From Octopus sinensis (Eukaryota): 64,000 nt of DNA. The notes under the pieces were generated by a model, which saw nothing but the letters and a program-made list of their open reading frames with translations, did no database searches and had not been told where the DNA came from. The stretch spans positions 8,742,001 through 8,806,000 of the forward strand of contig NC_043024.1 in the NCBI RefSeq assembly GCF_006345805.1, read 5' to 3'. The position numbers and the translations under genes were made by a program. Positions 11,941 to 24,574 of the stretch are shown piece after piece (positions within the stretch are counted from its first letter, which is position 1; each line of letters starts with the position of its first letter).

Positions 11941-12062
11941 TGATGATGATAATAATAATGATAATAATAATAATAATAATGATGATGATGATAATAATAA
12001 TGATAATAATAATAATAATGATGATGATGATAATAATAATGATAATAATAATAATAATAATT
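11808..12062. repeat. (ATT)n followed by (AAT/GAT)n microsatellite
   Basis: Directly visible. Confidence 0.95.
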
Positions 12063-12181
12063 TCTCATAAACAATAATTATAGATTGGTATCCGGTATTG
12101 AAAATAGAATTTGAACAACAATGATAAAAAAATGAAAGTAGGAAATAAAATATTATAACACACACACACACATACATATAG

Positions 12182-12343
12182 GCTAGGCATGGCTGCGTGG
12201 TAAGAAGCTAGCTTCCCAATCACATGGTTCTGAGTTCAGTCTTGCTGTGTGGCACCTTGGGCAAGTGTCTTCTACTATAGCCTCGGGCCAACCAAAGCTT
12301 TGTGAGTGGATTTGGTAGACGGAAACTGAAAGAAGCCCATCAT

Positions 12344-12377
<34 letters not shown>

Positions 12378-12548
12378 GTATGTATATATTTATGTGTGTG
12401 TGTTGTGTGTTTAAGTCTGTGTTTGTCTCCACCACTATTGCTTGACAACTGATGTTGGTGTGTTTACATCCCTGTAACCTAGCAGTTCAGCAAAAGATAC
12501 TGATAGAATAAGCACCAGGCTTACAAAGAATAAGTCCTGGGGTCAATT
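12182..12548 (+). mobile_element. SINE family A
   Basis: Head tggctgcgtggtaagaagc..gagttcagtc, CORE-like ccttgggcaagtgtctt, internal microsatellite. Confidence 0.85.
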
Positions 12549-12842
12549 TGCATATGTGTACACATGTACACATATGTATATGCACATACTTACATACATG
12601 TATATATATGTGTGTGTGTGGTGTGTGTGTGTGTGTGTGCATGTATGCATGTATGCATGTATATATATATATATATATATCAATAATATATATCTCTTTT
12701 GCCTGCGTCGTTTGCTTTTTAAGTGCCTTGGTTTTACTGGGATCTCCCTTTTAAGTAGAAAGAATAGCCAAAACTTTTTGACTGCTATTTCTAAATTCGG
12801 TGTGTGGTGAGGTAAATCGTTGCTAAACCCTTAATTACTTAG

Positions 12843-12883
<41 letters not shown>

Positions 12884-13084
12884 ATAAATATATATATATA
12901 TATGCATCCCTGGTATGGGTAGCTAAGGAGTTACTAGCACTTGCCCAAGGTGCCACCCCAGTCTTTGGACAGAAGGGGCAAATTACTCTCCCATTTACAG
13001 GGTTTCACTTCAGTGGTAAAAATTTGCAAGAAAATGATGGATGACTATACATATGTACATCACATACACACACACACACACAAC

Positions 13085-13141
<57 letters not shown>

Positions 13142-13297
13142 TGATGTGTGTGTATAGATACATAAACAGTTAGATAGATAGATACATAGACAGAATCCCA
13201 ACACTAGGTTAAAAGGTAAACTAAATTTAGCCAAGTTGAAAAGGTCAGATGGGAAAGTAGTCCTATATATATAGAGAGCATAGGAGTGAAAAATCTA

Positions 13298-13900
13298 TAG
13301 TAGTAGTAGTAGTAGTAGTGGTGGTGATGGTGGTTGTATGGTGGTGGTGGTGGTGGTGGTGGTGGTGGTGGTGGTGGTGGTGGTAGTAGTAGTAGTTGTA
13401 GTAGTAATAGCAGCAGCAGTAGTAACTTGGCAATGGTAATGGTGGTTGTAAAAGTAGTTGTGGTAGTAGTAGTGGTAGTGATAGTTAATAGCTTGTGCAG
13501 TGACAGTGATAATAGCAGTGGTGGTGGTGGTGGTAGTAGTGGGGGGTTGTAGTGGTGATGGTGGCAGTGGTGGTGGTGGTGGCAGCGGTGGTGGTTGTGG
13601 TGGTGGTGGCAGTGGTGGTGGCAGCGGTGGCAGTGGTGGTGGTGGTGGTGGCAGTGGTGGTGGTGGTGGTGGCAGCGGTGGTGGTGGTGGTGGTGGTGGT
13701 GGTAGTGGTAGTAGTGGGGGGTTGTAGTGGTGGTGGTGGTGGGGGGGGTTGTAGTGGTGTTGGTGGCAGTGGTGGTGGTGGTGGTGGCAGTGGTGGTGGT
13801 GGTGGTGGTGGCAGCGGTGGCGGTGGTGGTGGTGGTAATGGTGGTGGATGTGATGGTGATGCAGGTGGAGATAATGGTAGTGGTTGTGGTGGTGGCGGCT
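13298..13900. repeat. (GGT/GTA/GCA)n low-complexity tract
   Basis: Directly visible. Confidence 0.95.
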
Positions 13901-14129
13901 GAAGTACAGGAGAAAGGCAATAATGGAAGAAGGAAGTCACAAAAAGTCTGGTGTTTAATGGCGGGTGGAGGATGTGGGTTAAGGTAGGGACCTTCACCAG
14001 TCAAAATAAATCCTTGATCCAAGTGGTTCTGACTGGTATGGGTCAGGCAGTGGACAGACAAACACCCTCCTCACACCTTCCTGGGTTCAATGAAATAAGT
14101 ATCAGTTAAATACTGGGGACTCTCTCTCT

Positions 14130-14349
14130 CTCTTTACTCTTTTACTTGTTTCAGTCATTTGACTGCGGCCATGCTGGAGCACCGCCTTTTAATCGATCAA
14201 CTCGACCCCGGGACTTATTCTTTTTGTAAGCCCAGTACTTATTCTATCGGTCTCTTTTGCCGAACCGCTAAGTAACGGGGACATAAACACACCAGCATCG
14301 GTTGTCAAGCAATGCTAGGGAGACAAACACAGACACACAAACACACACA

Positions 14350-14391
<42 letters not shown>

Positions 14392-14725
14392 TATTAGAGA
14401 CAAAACCACTATTTTGCAAAACAAACAAGGAAAGACTTAATCAATACATAAAATTTTAATAAATAGTCAAAAAACCGCCACTACAATTGTTTTCTGTCTT
14501 GATCGACAATCTTCAGGTGGACTTCCAATCTAAAATATCAATATTTTACAATCCTAAATCTGATTTTTTCCCTGTAAATTTGGATTTATTCCCTAATATT
14601 ATATTATATATATATTATATATATATAGATATATATATATACATATATACGACGGGCTTCTTTCAGTTTCCGTCTACCAAATCCACTCACAAGGCTTTGG
14701 TCGGAAGAGGCTATAGTAAAAGACA
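14130..14725 (-). mobile_element. SINE family A with a ~210-bp foreign insertion (14390-14600) in its internal (TA)n
   Basis: Family A sequence stops at (TA)n at about 14353 and resumes at 14648 (acgacgggcttctttcag). Confidence 0.85.
14478..14520 (-). ncRNA. Minimal hammerhead-ribozyme-like motif (Penelope pLTR type), slightly degenerate
   Basis: Minus strand reads ccac-CTGAAGA-ttgtc gatcaa gaca-GAAA-acaattgt-a-gtgg: stem I ccac/gtgg, stem II tgtc/gaca, palindromic stem III. Confidence 0.55.
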
Positions 14726-14798
14726 CCAATGGGGCAGTCTGCTCTTGAAATTAACATGCAAGTGGCTGAGCATTCTACAGACACACACACACCCTTAA

Positions 14799-15018
14799 CC
14801 CTTTCGTTACTGTATTTATTTTGAGATGCTCTGTGTTTCTTTCAATTACTTTAAATATAATAAAGAATTTAGTAAAATAACTTAGTTATCATTCAGCTAG
14901 TTTTAGGAACATAAATTGTGACTAAGGTTTGGTGGAAGATTTTTATTCAAAACATATGAAAATAAGACATTTGTACTCAGAGCCAGAGCCAGTTTCAGCC
15001 GGATTGGTAACGATAGGG
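14799..15018. mobile_element. piggyBac-type MITE inserted in a SINE C body
   Basis: TTAA on both sides (14795-14798 and 15019-15022). TIRs ccctttcgttac / gtaacgataggg. The uninterrupted host sequence is seen at about 42900-42965. Confidence 0.85.
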
Positions 15019-15319
15019 TTAATATAGTTCTCAGGGAGATTCCAGCATGACACAGAGTGTGACAAGACTGGCCCTTTGAAATACAAGCACTAGTTATTAT
15101 TGCCAGCTGAGTGAACTGGAGCAATGTGAAATAATGTGTCCTGCTCAAGGATACAACACATCACCAGGAGTTGAACTCACAACCTTGTGATTGTGAGCTG
15201 AATACCCTAACCACTGAGTGATATGCCTTCACACAATATGAGTACGAGAAAGAGAGAGAATAGATATAAAAGAATATAAGATAATTAGAGAAAAAAAGTC
15301 TGTTCAGTGGTTACTTTGA

Positions 15320-15539
15320 CTCTTTAGTGTTTAAACAGGCCACATCTGGCCCAGATAGTCTACTTGTTTGATATTTGAACTAGCCATATCTAGCCTCTTA
15401 CACCTAACCTACATTGACATTCTTAACATAAGCAATCACATCACTGAAACCTCAAAGCTGTACGATAATGCATGGTTAATTCAAAACAATTTGAGTGAAA
15501 AAGTATTACATTTAACAGAGTAATCTGAACACTAAAGGG
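15320..15539. mobile_element. Older piggyBac-type MITE
   Basis: ttga|ctctttagtgttt ... aacactaaaggg|ttaa imperfect TIRs. Confidence 0.6.
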
Positions 15540-16404
15540 TTAATAGTGATCCCTAATGTTGATACAAGGCTCCAAATTTAATCAGAGCCCTCTCATAACA
15601 AATTGTATTGACTTCATTTTTTGTAAATCACTCATTCTCATTTAATTGTATATATTTTAATTGTTTGTTTATTCATATGTTTTGTCTGTCTCATTGGATA
15701 CCCTGACCCCAATGTTTGTTTTGTCTGTCCTCAGTATGGTCCCCTCTTTTTCTCATCCTCGTGGTTAATAAAGAAATTTACTGGTCCTTTTTTATATCAG
15801 TCCTGGTAGGATGAAAGGCAAAGTCTCCCTTCATGGGATTTCAACTCAACTCAGAATGTCAAAAGAAAGGTAGGCAATTAAATGTCACAAAGCAATTTCT
15901 GTGTGTCACTTTACTGATTTTGCCAAACATAGGCAACATTAATAATAATAGAATGGTGACAAAAACAAAGGTTTGATAGAGAAAGTCAGAGAGAAGAGAG
16001 GGGAAAGTGTTATAGATAGATAGATAGATTCAGTGAGAGAGAAAGAGAGAGAGAGGAGAAGAGAGAGGGAGTAAAGGAGAGCACATAGGAGAGAGAATGA
16101 AGCAGGAAGGAAGATAGAAAAAAAAAACAACCCTCGGCTTGGAATTTCTGATAAGCCAAGCAGGAAACCAGCTGATAAAGAGCCAGGACTGGTAGTCTTA
16201 TCTATCTGTTACAATATATATACATACATATATACAAAGACACATGTGTGTGTGTGTGTGTATGTGTGAGTGTATGAAAACAAAAACAAAAACAAAAATA
16301 AAGAAACCAGGAAGTTTACTTGAGAGCCATTGAGGACTAACTAACCCCTTGCATATGAAAATTTCTTCATTCACCTCACAAGGAGGATGACACTGGTAAA
16401 CAAC

Positions 16405-17330
16405 CTGCACCAGCACCAGCACCAGCACCACCACCACTATCATCACCACCATCTCTCCGTTAACACCACACCGCCACCACCACTATCATCAATTCGATCA
16501 CCAACACTATACACCACCGCCACCATCATCAACTCCTACTATCACCACCACCACCACCTCCTCCTCAATCACCTTACTACCACCATCATCACTACGACTA
16601 CCACCACTACCATAACCACCACCACCTCCTCAATCGCCTTACTACCACCACCATCACTATCACCATCACCACCACCACCACCACTTCCTCAATCACCTTA
16701 CTACCACCATCATCACTACTACCACCACCACCACCACCACCTCTTCAATCACCTTACTACCACCATCATCACTACTACCACCACCACCACCACCACCTCT
16801 TCAATCACCTTACTACCACCATCATCACTACTACCACCACCACCACCTCTTCAATCACCTTACTACCACCATCATCACTACTACTACCACCATCACTATC
16901 ACCATCACCACCACCACCACCACTTCCTCAATCACCTTACTACCACCATCATCACTACGACCACCACCACCACCACCACCTCTTCAATCACCTTACTACC
17001 ACCATCATCACTACTACCACCACCACCACCACCACCTCTTCAATCACCTTACTACCACCATCATCACTACTACCACCACCATCACCATCACCATCACCAC
17101 CTCCTCAATCACCTTACTACCACCATCATTACTACTACCACCACCACCACCACCACTACCATAACCACCACCACCTCCTCAATCACCTTACTACCACCAT
17201 CATCACTACTACTACCACCATCACCATCACCATCACCACTACCACCACCACCTCCTCAATCACCTTACTACCACCATCATCACTACTACCACCACCATCA
17301 CCATCACCACCACAACCATCACCCTCCTCC
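16405..17330. repeat. Minisatellite of ~45-70-bp units (cctcaatcaccttactaccaccatcatcactac(cac)n)
   Basis: The motif tcaatcaccttactaccacc recurs more than 10 times. Confidence 0.9.
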
Positions 17331-17591
17331 TTGCCAAATAAAAATAACTTCCTGGTGGTTTGGAGGGTGGGATGTCAGGTGAGGGTATTTGAAGGTTTTA
17401 AAACCTGAAATCAGAATGATAATACAAACAAAAACAGATACCCACTCCCACCCTAGGCCTACCCATTCCAACACACACTCACATCATATGCATTCACACT
17501 TACAAATTCTAAGACACCTCGCAGGCCACCTAAGCTAAAGTAAACTTCATTTACCAAAGTTACTATTCTACTAAAATAATTCCATTAAACC

Positions 17592-17784
17592 ATTGCAGCA
17601 TGGAAGGTGTTTATAAGCCATTTAAGAAACACACAAAACCTGTTAGATTCACTTCAACATTTAAATGTAATTTGTCAAAATATTTTCGTCACTTATTTTG
17701 ACAAATTACATTTAATTGTTGAAGTGAATCTAACGGTTTTTGTGTGTTTCTTAAATGGCTTATAAACACCTTCCATGCTGCAAT
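17592..17784. repeat. Inverted repeat with ~91-bp arms and an 11-bp spacer
   Basis: 17592-17682 is the near-perfect reverse complement of 17694-17784. Confidence 0.9.
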
Positions 17785-18389
17785 TGTTTTCGTTCCAGCA
17801 CACAATCTCAGATCAAGTCACTTGCTATGCAAGTACATCTCCGTAATTCTATTAAAATTTTATTATAATTCCAAAGGTGATTCAAATATCTATGTGACAA
17901 AAAATTTTAGTCATTGCTTCCCCAGCCAGAAAGATTACCGCATGCCCCATCTGTCTATATTGTTACATAGTGAAATTTTTTTTTAAGTCTGTGTTGCATT
18001 GTGTTGACAGACTTGCACTTAAAATTCTTGCTTTTTTATCAACATCTACCTTTTACATACACTCTCTCTATCTTGCTGCATTTCTATCTCAACTACTTTT
18101 TCTCCTCCCCTTAAATATATGGTGTGACAGGAGTTATCTACCCTGTTGATTCCTCCCCTTCTTCTCCACCACCTTCACACGTATCTCGTGACAGTGACAA
18201 ACAGACACGTGGAGATCAGCTTCTCTTTTACAACATAAAATTTTAGAAATTTAGATGATGGGGTTCAAAACATTATCAACGATGCCCTTAATGGGTCAAT
18301 GATATAAGAAGCTCGTTGACCCCTGCTCTAATAACTTTGACATATTTACTGCTTACATCATTCTTACTTGATCCACACAGACCTGTGGC

Positions 18390-18945
18390 TTTAAACAACA
18401 TCAATCGTCTGAGAGCTGTTCAGCGACATGCAACCAAGAGAATACCCTCCATCAGGCATTTGCCATATCCTGAACGCCTTACTTCCCTGGGCATGGACAC
18501 ATTGAAACTCCGACGTCTGGCAGCTGACTTGGCAGACACCCATAAAATTATCAACCATCTTACAAACAATAATTCTGAGCACCTCTTCAAACTCCATCTG
18601 TCTAACACCCGTGGACATGTTTACAAAGTAAGAAAACAGCACAGCTCCCATGACTTTCGGAAACATTTTTTCACGCTGAGAGTTGCTGAAGCATGGAACA
18701 AACTGCCGGCATCGGTTGTTGGTTGTCGGAGCACTGCATCCTTCAAAACTTCCATGCTTCCTGACATTCGCCAACACTACACCTGATTTTCTCCCCTCCA
18801 TACACACGCAAGCATATATCTGACTCATATACTGTTCACTTTCCAGACATTTCTACATTACTGCATATGCTTTATACGCACTTTCTGACAAGTTGTGGTG
18901 CACCTGAGCACTGTATACAATAATTTCATTATTATTATTATTAAA
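18390..18945 (+). mobile_element. CR1-like LINE 3' end (family CR1-b) with (ATT)n tail
   Basis: ORF 18316-18786 reads INRLRAVQRHATKRIPSIRHLPYPERLTSLGMDTLKLRR...TRGHVYKV...FFTLRVAEAWNKLP, the typical CR1 ORF2 C-terminus. Confidence 0.9.
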
Positions 18946-18961
18946 ATAATTAAATTTTCTT

Positions 18962-19255
18962 TCAGAAACATTTTTTCACGCTAAGAGTTGCCTGAAGCAT
19001 GGAACAAACTGCCGGCATCAGTTGTTAGTTGTCGGAGCACTGCATCCTTCAAAACTTCCATGCTTCCTGACATTCGCCAACACTACACCTGATTTCCTCC
19101 CCTCCATACACACGCAAGCATGTATCTGACTCATACATTGTTCGCTTTCCAGACATTTGTACATTACTGCATATGCTTTATACGCACTTTCTGACAAGTT
19201 GTGGTACACCTGAGCACTGTATACAAGAATTTCATTATTATTATTATTATTATTA
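18962..19255 (+). mobile_element. Second, shorter tandem CR1-b 3' end
   Basis: Homologous to 18655-18945. Confidence 0.9.
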
Positions 19256-19834
19256 ACAGCAGCTGCAGCAATGACAGCATTGAAACAGTGTCCCCCTATA
19301 ATACAATACATCTTTATGCCTTACTCCCTACCTCACTTACTCCAGTAAGCCATACCTATATAACAACTCAATAATTAATTAATTTCACCCATATTTAAAA
19401 AGCTTGCTCTGATAATTGATATGAAATTATCAGAGTTCCTAACTAACAACCTGTGACCAAGTCTTATGCCATGTCAAAACCAGTCTTAATGGTTGAACAT
19501 TGTTATAAACTGTATTCCATTCCATACATAGTTTCTGTCTCTCCTCCTCCAACACCAGCTCTGTCACACTAAGTCTACTGTACCACATGTCTCTTGGAGA
19601 AAGCAGCGGGTCATGTGAGTGTACTAGTGGATAACCAGCAGAAAGAGAAGAAGAGAGAGAGGGGTGGTTAGCAGGTCATAAGTTGTCATTAGCACTGTTC
19701 TGTTTGTTCATGGCCAAGACACGCTATTCGGATAAAGAGATAAGACCTGAAATTTTGCGGAGCGGGGCGCAGGAGTTAATCAGTTAAATAGACCCCTATG
19801 CTAAACTGGTACTTGTTTCATCGACCCTGAAATG

Positions 19835-20160
19835 TGTTGAAAGGAATTCTTTGGGGTTTGGATAATTCACTTTTGGAAACATGGGTGTTTCGTTGAACAT
19901 CCTTAAACAACCTTTTACTCACAGACCTTTTGAGCAGGATGGGCTACTCAACCTGAAGAAAATTCTAACTAGGTCCCACCTGCAAGGTCATGTGCTGTTT
20001 GTCTTGATATGAGATAACCATGTCACGCTTATATGGTTGTGATGCATGTGCGTGGTGTACTCCTTATCAGACGGGTAGTCATGATGGGTTTATTGGGCTT
20101 TGTATAATTGTACCCCAGTGTCACTTTGATGGTATGCACTGTCCCCTCACTCAATAATTA

Positions 20161-20191
<31 letters not shown>

Positions 20192-20285
20192 ACTACTACT
20201 ACTACTACTACTAATAATAATAATAATAATAATAATGATGATGATAATAATAATAATAATAATAATAATGATGATAATAATAATG

Positions 20286-20316
<31 letters not shown>
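19835..20316 (+). mobile_element. Probable non-LTR retroelement 3' UTR ending in an (ACT)/(AAT)n tail
   Basis: Moderately GC-rich segment ending ctcactcaataat and then trinucleotide tails; it interrupts a SINE B fragment. Family not identified. Confidence 0.35.
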
Positions 20317-20317
<1 letters not shown>

Positions 20318-21042
20318 CCTTTGTACTATATGCACAAGGCCTAAAATTCTGGGGGAAGGGACAAGTTGATTATATTGACCTGAGTCTCAACTGATATTTA
20401 TTTCACCAACTCCAAAAGGATGAACGGTAAAACTGACCTCCCTAGAATTTGAACTCAGAATCTTGGGTAAGTGTCTTCTATTAAAACCCTGGGGCCAATC
20501 AAAGCATTGTGAGTAGATTTGGTAGATGGAAACTATGTGGAAGTGTATCACATATAAATATTTGCATACATGTTTTTGCGTATGTAGGCACAGAAAGGGT
20601 TGTGTGGGAAGAGCTTGCTTTGCAATCGTGTGGTTTCAGGTTCAGTCCTACAGTGTGATATCTTGGACAAAAATCTTGTTCTATAGCCCTGAGCCAATAA
20701 AAGCTATGAGTGAATTTGGCATACGGAAACTGTGTGGAAGCCCAGTGTGTGTGGACTGGGTTCCCATGTTCAGTCCACAGCACCATGGGGGCTTCAACAT
20801 GTTCTTTTCACCAGTATGGCAGAGGGGTTCAGTTTTTTTATACTCATCCCCAGGAGTAGTTAAGTTGATTATATTGACCCAGTGTTCACCTGGTACTTAT
20901 TTTATCAGCCCTGTAAGGATGAAAGATAAAATTCGACCTCAGTAGAGTAGAATTTAGACTAAGAATGTAAAGACAGATGAAATATTAAGCAATTTGCTCA
21001 GCATGCTAACAATTCTGCCAGTTGGCCTATATATATAATACA

Positions 21043-21435
21043 CTAGCAGTATCGCCCAGCGTTGCTCAGGTTTGTTTCGACCCTTTAGAATTGGAATTTT
21101 TGAAAAGTAAAAATTTTGCATTGTGTAGCTTGTTATTCTCTTTAAGTGAACATTTTTCTGGTTGAAATACATCGAAAAATGGCGACGCAGCAGTAAAAAA
21201 ATTGTAAAAAATAGGGATTTTTCATAGAAAAAATGCACCTTTTTGATGTAAATAATTTTTGGTCTTAACATGGTCCAATTTGAATTTTTTCTTCTACAGA
21301 AGGAAGAGCAAGCTTTCTTCTATCCTACTCTCAATTTTGGTCAACTTGTGCCGCAGAGTCTCGGAGATGATAGTGTTATTTGAAGGCTACCAAACCTGCC
21401 ATACACAGACAACTTCAGCTTTATATATAGAGAGA
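21043..21435 (-). mobile_element. Non-autonomous Helitron-like element
   Basis: Minus strand starts TC(tctctatatataaag) and ends with a GC-rich hairpin cctgagcaacgctgggcg followed by CTAG|T. Confidence 0.65.
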
Positions 21436-21860
21436 TTACACACATATGTGTATGTGTGCATATGTACTGAGGTTCAACTAACATCCTTCAAGTAGTATCA
21501 CTCTAGCATGGCTGGAGTCCGACAAGAGAGACAAGTAAAAGATAAACTAGATTAAAAGATAAAAGATTAAAGATTAACTAGATTTAATTAATGTTACTAA
21601 CCCATGAATTCTGTTGCATGACATTTGGAATGCCCATCTGGATGTTCTTGTGCATATTTGGTGATTTCTCGGCGATGGTAAAAATATCCAATACGTGTCT
21701 TGGTATAGAGAAAATATCTAGAAAGATATAAAAGCAAAGAGTCAAGATAAATTGATGCTTACAAAATATAAGAGTTGGGGTTTATATATGTGGTTATGTG
21801 CATGTGTGTATGTATGTATGGACATACGTTTGTATGTATGCATGTATACTTGTGTATACA

Positions 21861-21923
21861 TGTGTCCTCCTGGGGCTAAAAATACAGTAGCATCCACCCT
21901 TAGGACGGGAAGGATGACTTCCC

Positions 21924-21963
<40 letters not shown>

Positions 21964-22026
21964 GGAAGTCATCCTTCCCGTCCTAAGGGTGGATGCTACT
22001 GTAGTTTTTAGCCCCAGGAGGACACA
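21861..22026. repeat. Palindrome of ~67-bp arms centred on (TA)n
   Basis: 21861-21928 is the reverse complement of 21959-22026 apart from two 1-nt indels. Confidence 0.95.
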
Positions 22027-22132
22027 CTCCTCCAGCTGGCCATAGACACACTATCTGTGTCCTGTCAGTATTTGCAAAGGGAAGTCATCCCCTTAGGGGT
22101 TAGCCATATTGAAATGGCAAAAATACGTCACG

Positions 22133-22133
<1 letters not shown>

Positions 22134-22163
<30 letters not shown>

Positions 22164-22683
22164 TGTATGTATGTATGTATGTATGTTATGTATGTATGTA
22201 TGTATGTATGTATGTATGTATGTATGTATGTATGTATGTATGTATGTATGTATGTATGTATGTATGTATGTATGTATGTATGTATGTAGTATGTATGTAT
22301 GTATGTATGTATGTATGTATGTATGTATGTATGTATGTATGTATGTATGTATGTATGTATGTATGTATGTATGTATGTATGTATGTATGTATGTATGTAT
22401 GTATGTATGTATGTATGTATGTATGTATGTATGTATGTATGTTATGTATGTATGTATGTATGTATGTATTGTATGTATGTATGTATGTATGTATGTATGT
22501 ATGTATGTATGTATGTATGTATGTATGTATGTATGTATGTATTTATGTATGTATGTATGTATGTATGTATGTATGTATGTGTATGTATGATGTATGTATG
22601 TATGTATGTATGTATGTATGTATGTATGTATGTATGTATGTATGTATGTATGTATGTATTTATGTATGTATGTAGTATGTATG

Positions 22684-22715
<32 letters not shown>

Positions 22716-22939
22716 TGTATGTATGTATGTATGTATGTATGTATGTATGTATGTATGTATGTATGTATGTATGTATGTATGTATGTATGTATGTATGTAT
22801 GTATGTATGTATGTATGTATGTATGTAGTGTATGTATATGTATGTATGTATGTATGTAGTATGTATGTATGTATGTATGTATGTATGTATGTATGTATGT
22901 ATATGTATGTATGTATGTATGTGTATGTATGTATGTATG

Positions 22940-22970
<31 letters not shown>

Positions 22971-23092
22971 TGTATGTATGTAGTATGTATGTATGTATGT
23001 ATGTATGTATGTATGTATTATGTATGTATGTATGTATGTATGTATGTATGTATGTATGTAGTATGTATGTATGTATGTATGTATGTATGTAG

Positions 23093-23123
<31 letters not shown>

Positions 23124-23815
23124 TGTATGTATGTATGTATGTATGTATGTATGTATGTATGTATGTATGTATGTATTATGTATGTTATGTATGTATGTAT
23201 GTATGTATGTATGTATGTATGTATGTATGTATGTATGTATGTATGTATGTATGTATGTATGTATGTATGTATGTATGTATGTATGTATGTATGTATGTAT
23301 GTATGTATGTATGTTGTATGTATGTATGTATGTATGTATGTATGTATGTATGTATGTATGTATGTATGTATGTATGGTATGTATGTATGTATGTATGTAT
23401 GTATGTATGTATATGTATGTATGTATGTATGTAGTATGTATGTATGTATGTATGTAGTATGTATGTATGTATGTATGTTGTATGTATGTATGTATGTATG
23501 TATGTATGTATGTATGTATGTATGTATGTATGTATGTATGTATGTATGTATGTATGTATGTATGTATGTATGTATGTATGTATGTATGTATGTATGTATG
23601 TATGTATGTATGTATGTATGTATGATGTATGTATGTATTATGTATGTATGTATGTATGTATGTATGTAGGTATGTATGTATGTATGTATGTATGTATGTA
23701 TGTATGTATGTATGTATGTATGTATGTATGTATGTATGTATGTATGTATGTATGTATTATGTATGTATGTATGTATGCATGCATGCATGCATGCATGCAT
23801 GCATGTATGTATGAA
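22134..23815. repeat. ~1.7-kb (TATG)n tetranucleotide microsatellite
   Basis: Directly visible; source of the MYVC/IHTY ORFs. Confidence 0.98.
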
Positions 23816-24107
23816 TGTTTGTATATATTTACATATATATATGAAGACACATAGCTTAGTGGTTTGGGTGTTGCACTCATGATTGTAAGATTGTGGTTTC
23901 GATTCCCAGACCGGGTATTGCATTATGTTCTTGAGCAAAGCCCTTCATTTCACACTGCTGTGTGATCATCTCATCATCTGACATGTGGCACATGGTGCAC
24001 CTGTACAGGTAATATGATTTGATGGAGAAAGTGAGCATATGTGAACACATAGTAGTTCTCCAGGTGTGCAGATATTTGATTATGCAACTGTTTCCCTGCA
24101 TTATGAG

Positions 24108-24485
24108 ATATAGCTTGCTTACCAACCACATGGTTCCAAGTTCAGTCCCACTGCATGGAACCTTGGGCAAGTCTTTTCTGCTATAGCCCCGGGCTGACCA
24201 ATGCCTTGTGAGTGAATTTGGTAGACGGAAACTGAAAGAAGCCTGTCGTATATATGTATATATATGTATGTGTATGTGTGTGTTTGTGTGTCTGTGTTTG
24301 TTCCCCTAGCATTGCTTGACAACCGATGCTGGTGTGTTTACGTCCCCGTCACTTAGCAGTTTGGCAAAAGAGACCGATAGAATAAGTACTGGGCTTACAA
24401 AGCCCGGGGTCGAGTTGCTCGACTAAAGGCGGTGCTCCAGCATGGCCACAGTCAAATGACTGAAACAAGTAAAAGAGAAAAAGAG

Positions 24486-24486
<1 letters not shown>
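24108..24486 (+). mobile_element. SINE family A (5'-truncated)
   Basis: Matches consensus through the tail aaggcggtgctccagcatggcc..caaatgactgaaacaagtaaaagag. Confidence 0.85.
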
Positions 24487-24521
<35 letters not shown>

Positions 24522-24574
24522 TATATCCATCTTCCCCTCCTCCTCCTCCTCTTTCTCTTCATCATCATTGTTTT

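Noticed and set aside
16387-17382. 331-aa Pro/His/Thr-rich ORF resembling an extensin or mucin
   Set aside because: The minisatellite unit cycles through reading frames and is stop-poor by composition; no splice or domain support. The same applies to 13204-14061 and 57713-58576.
18316-18786. 156-aa ORF as a host gene
   Set aside because: C-terminal fragment of CR1 ORF2 with a 3' tail; 5'-truncated retrocopy.
22057-23938. Long ORFs (MYVC/IHTY repeats up to 306 aa)
   Set aside because: Translations of the (TATG)n microsatellite; no coding complexity.
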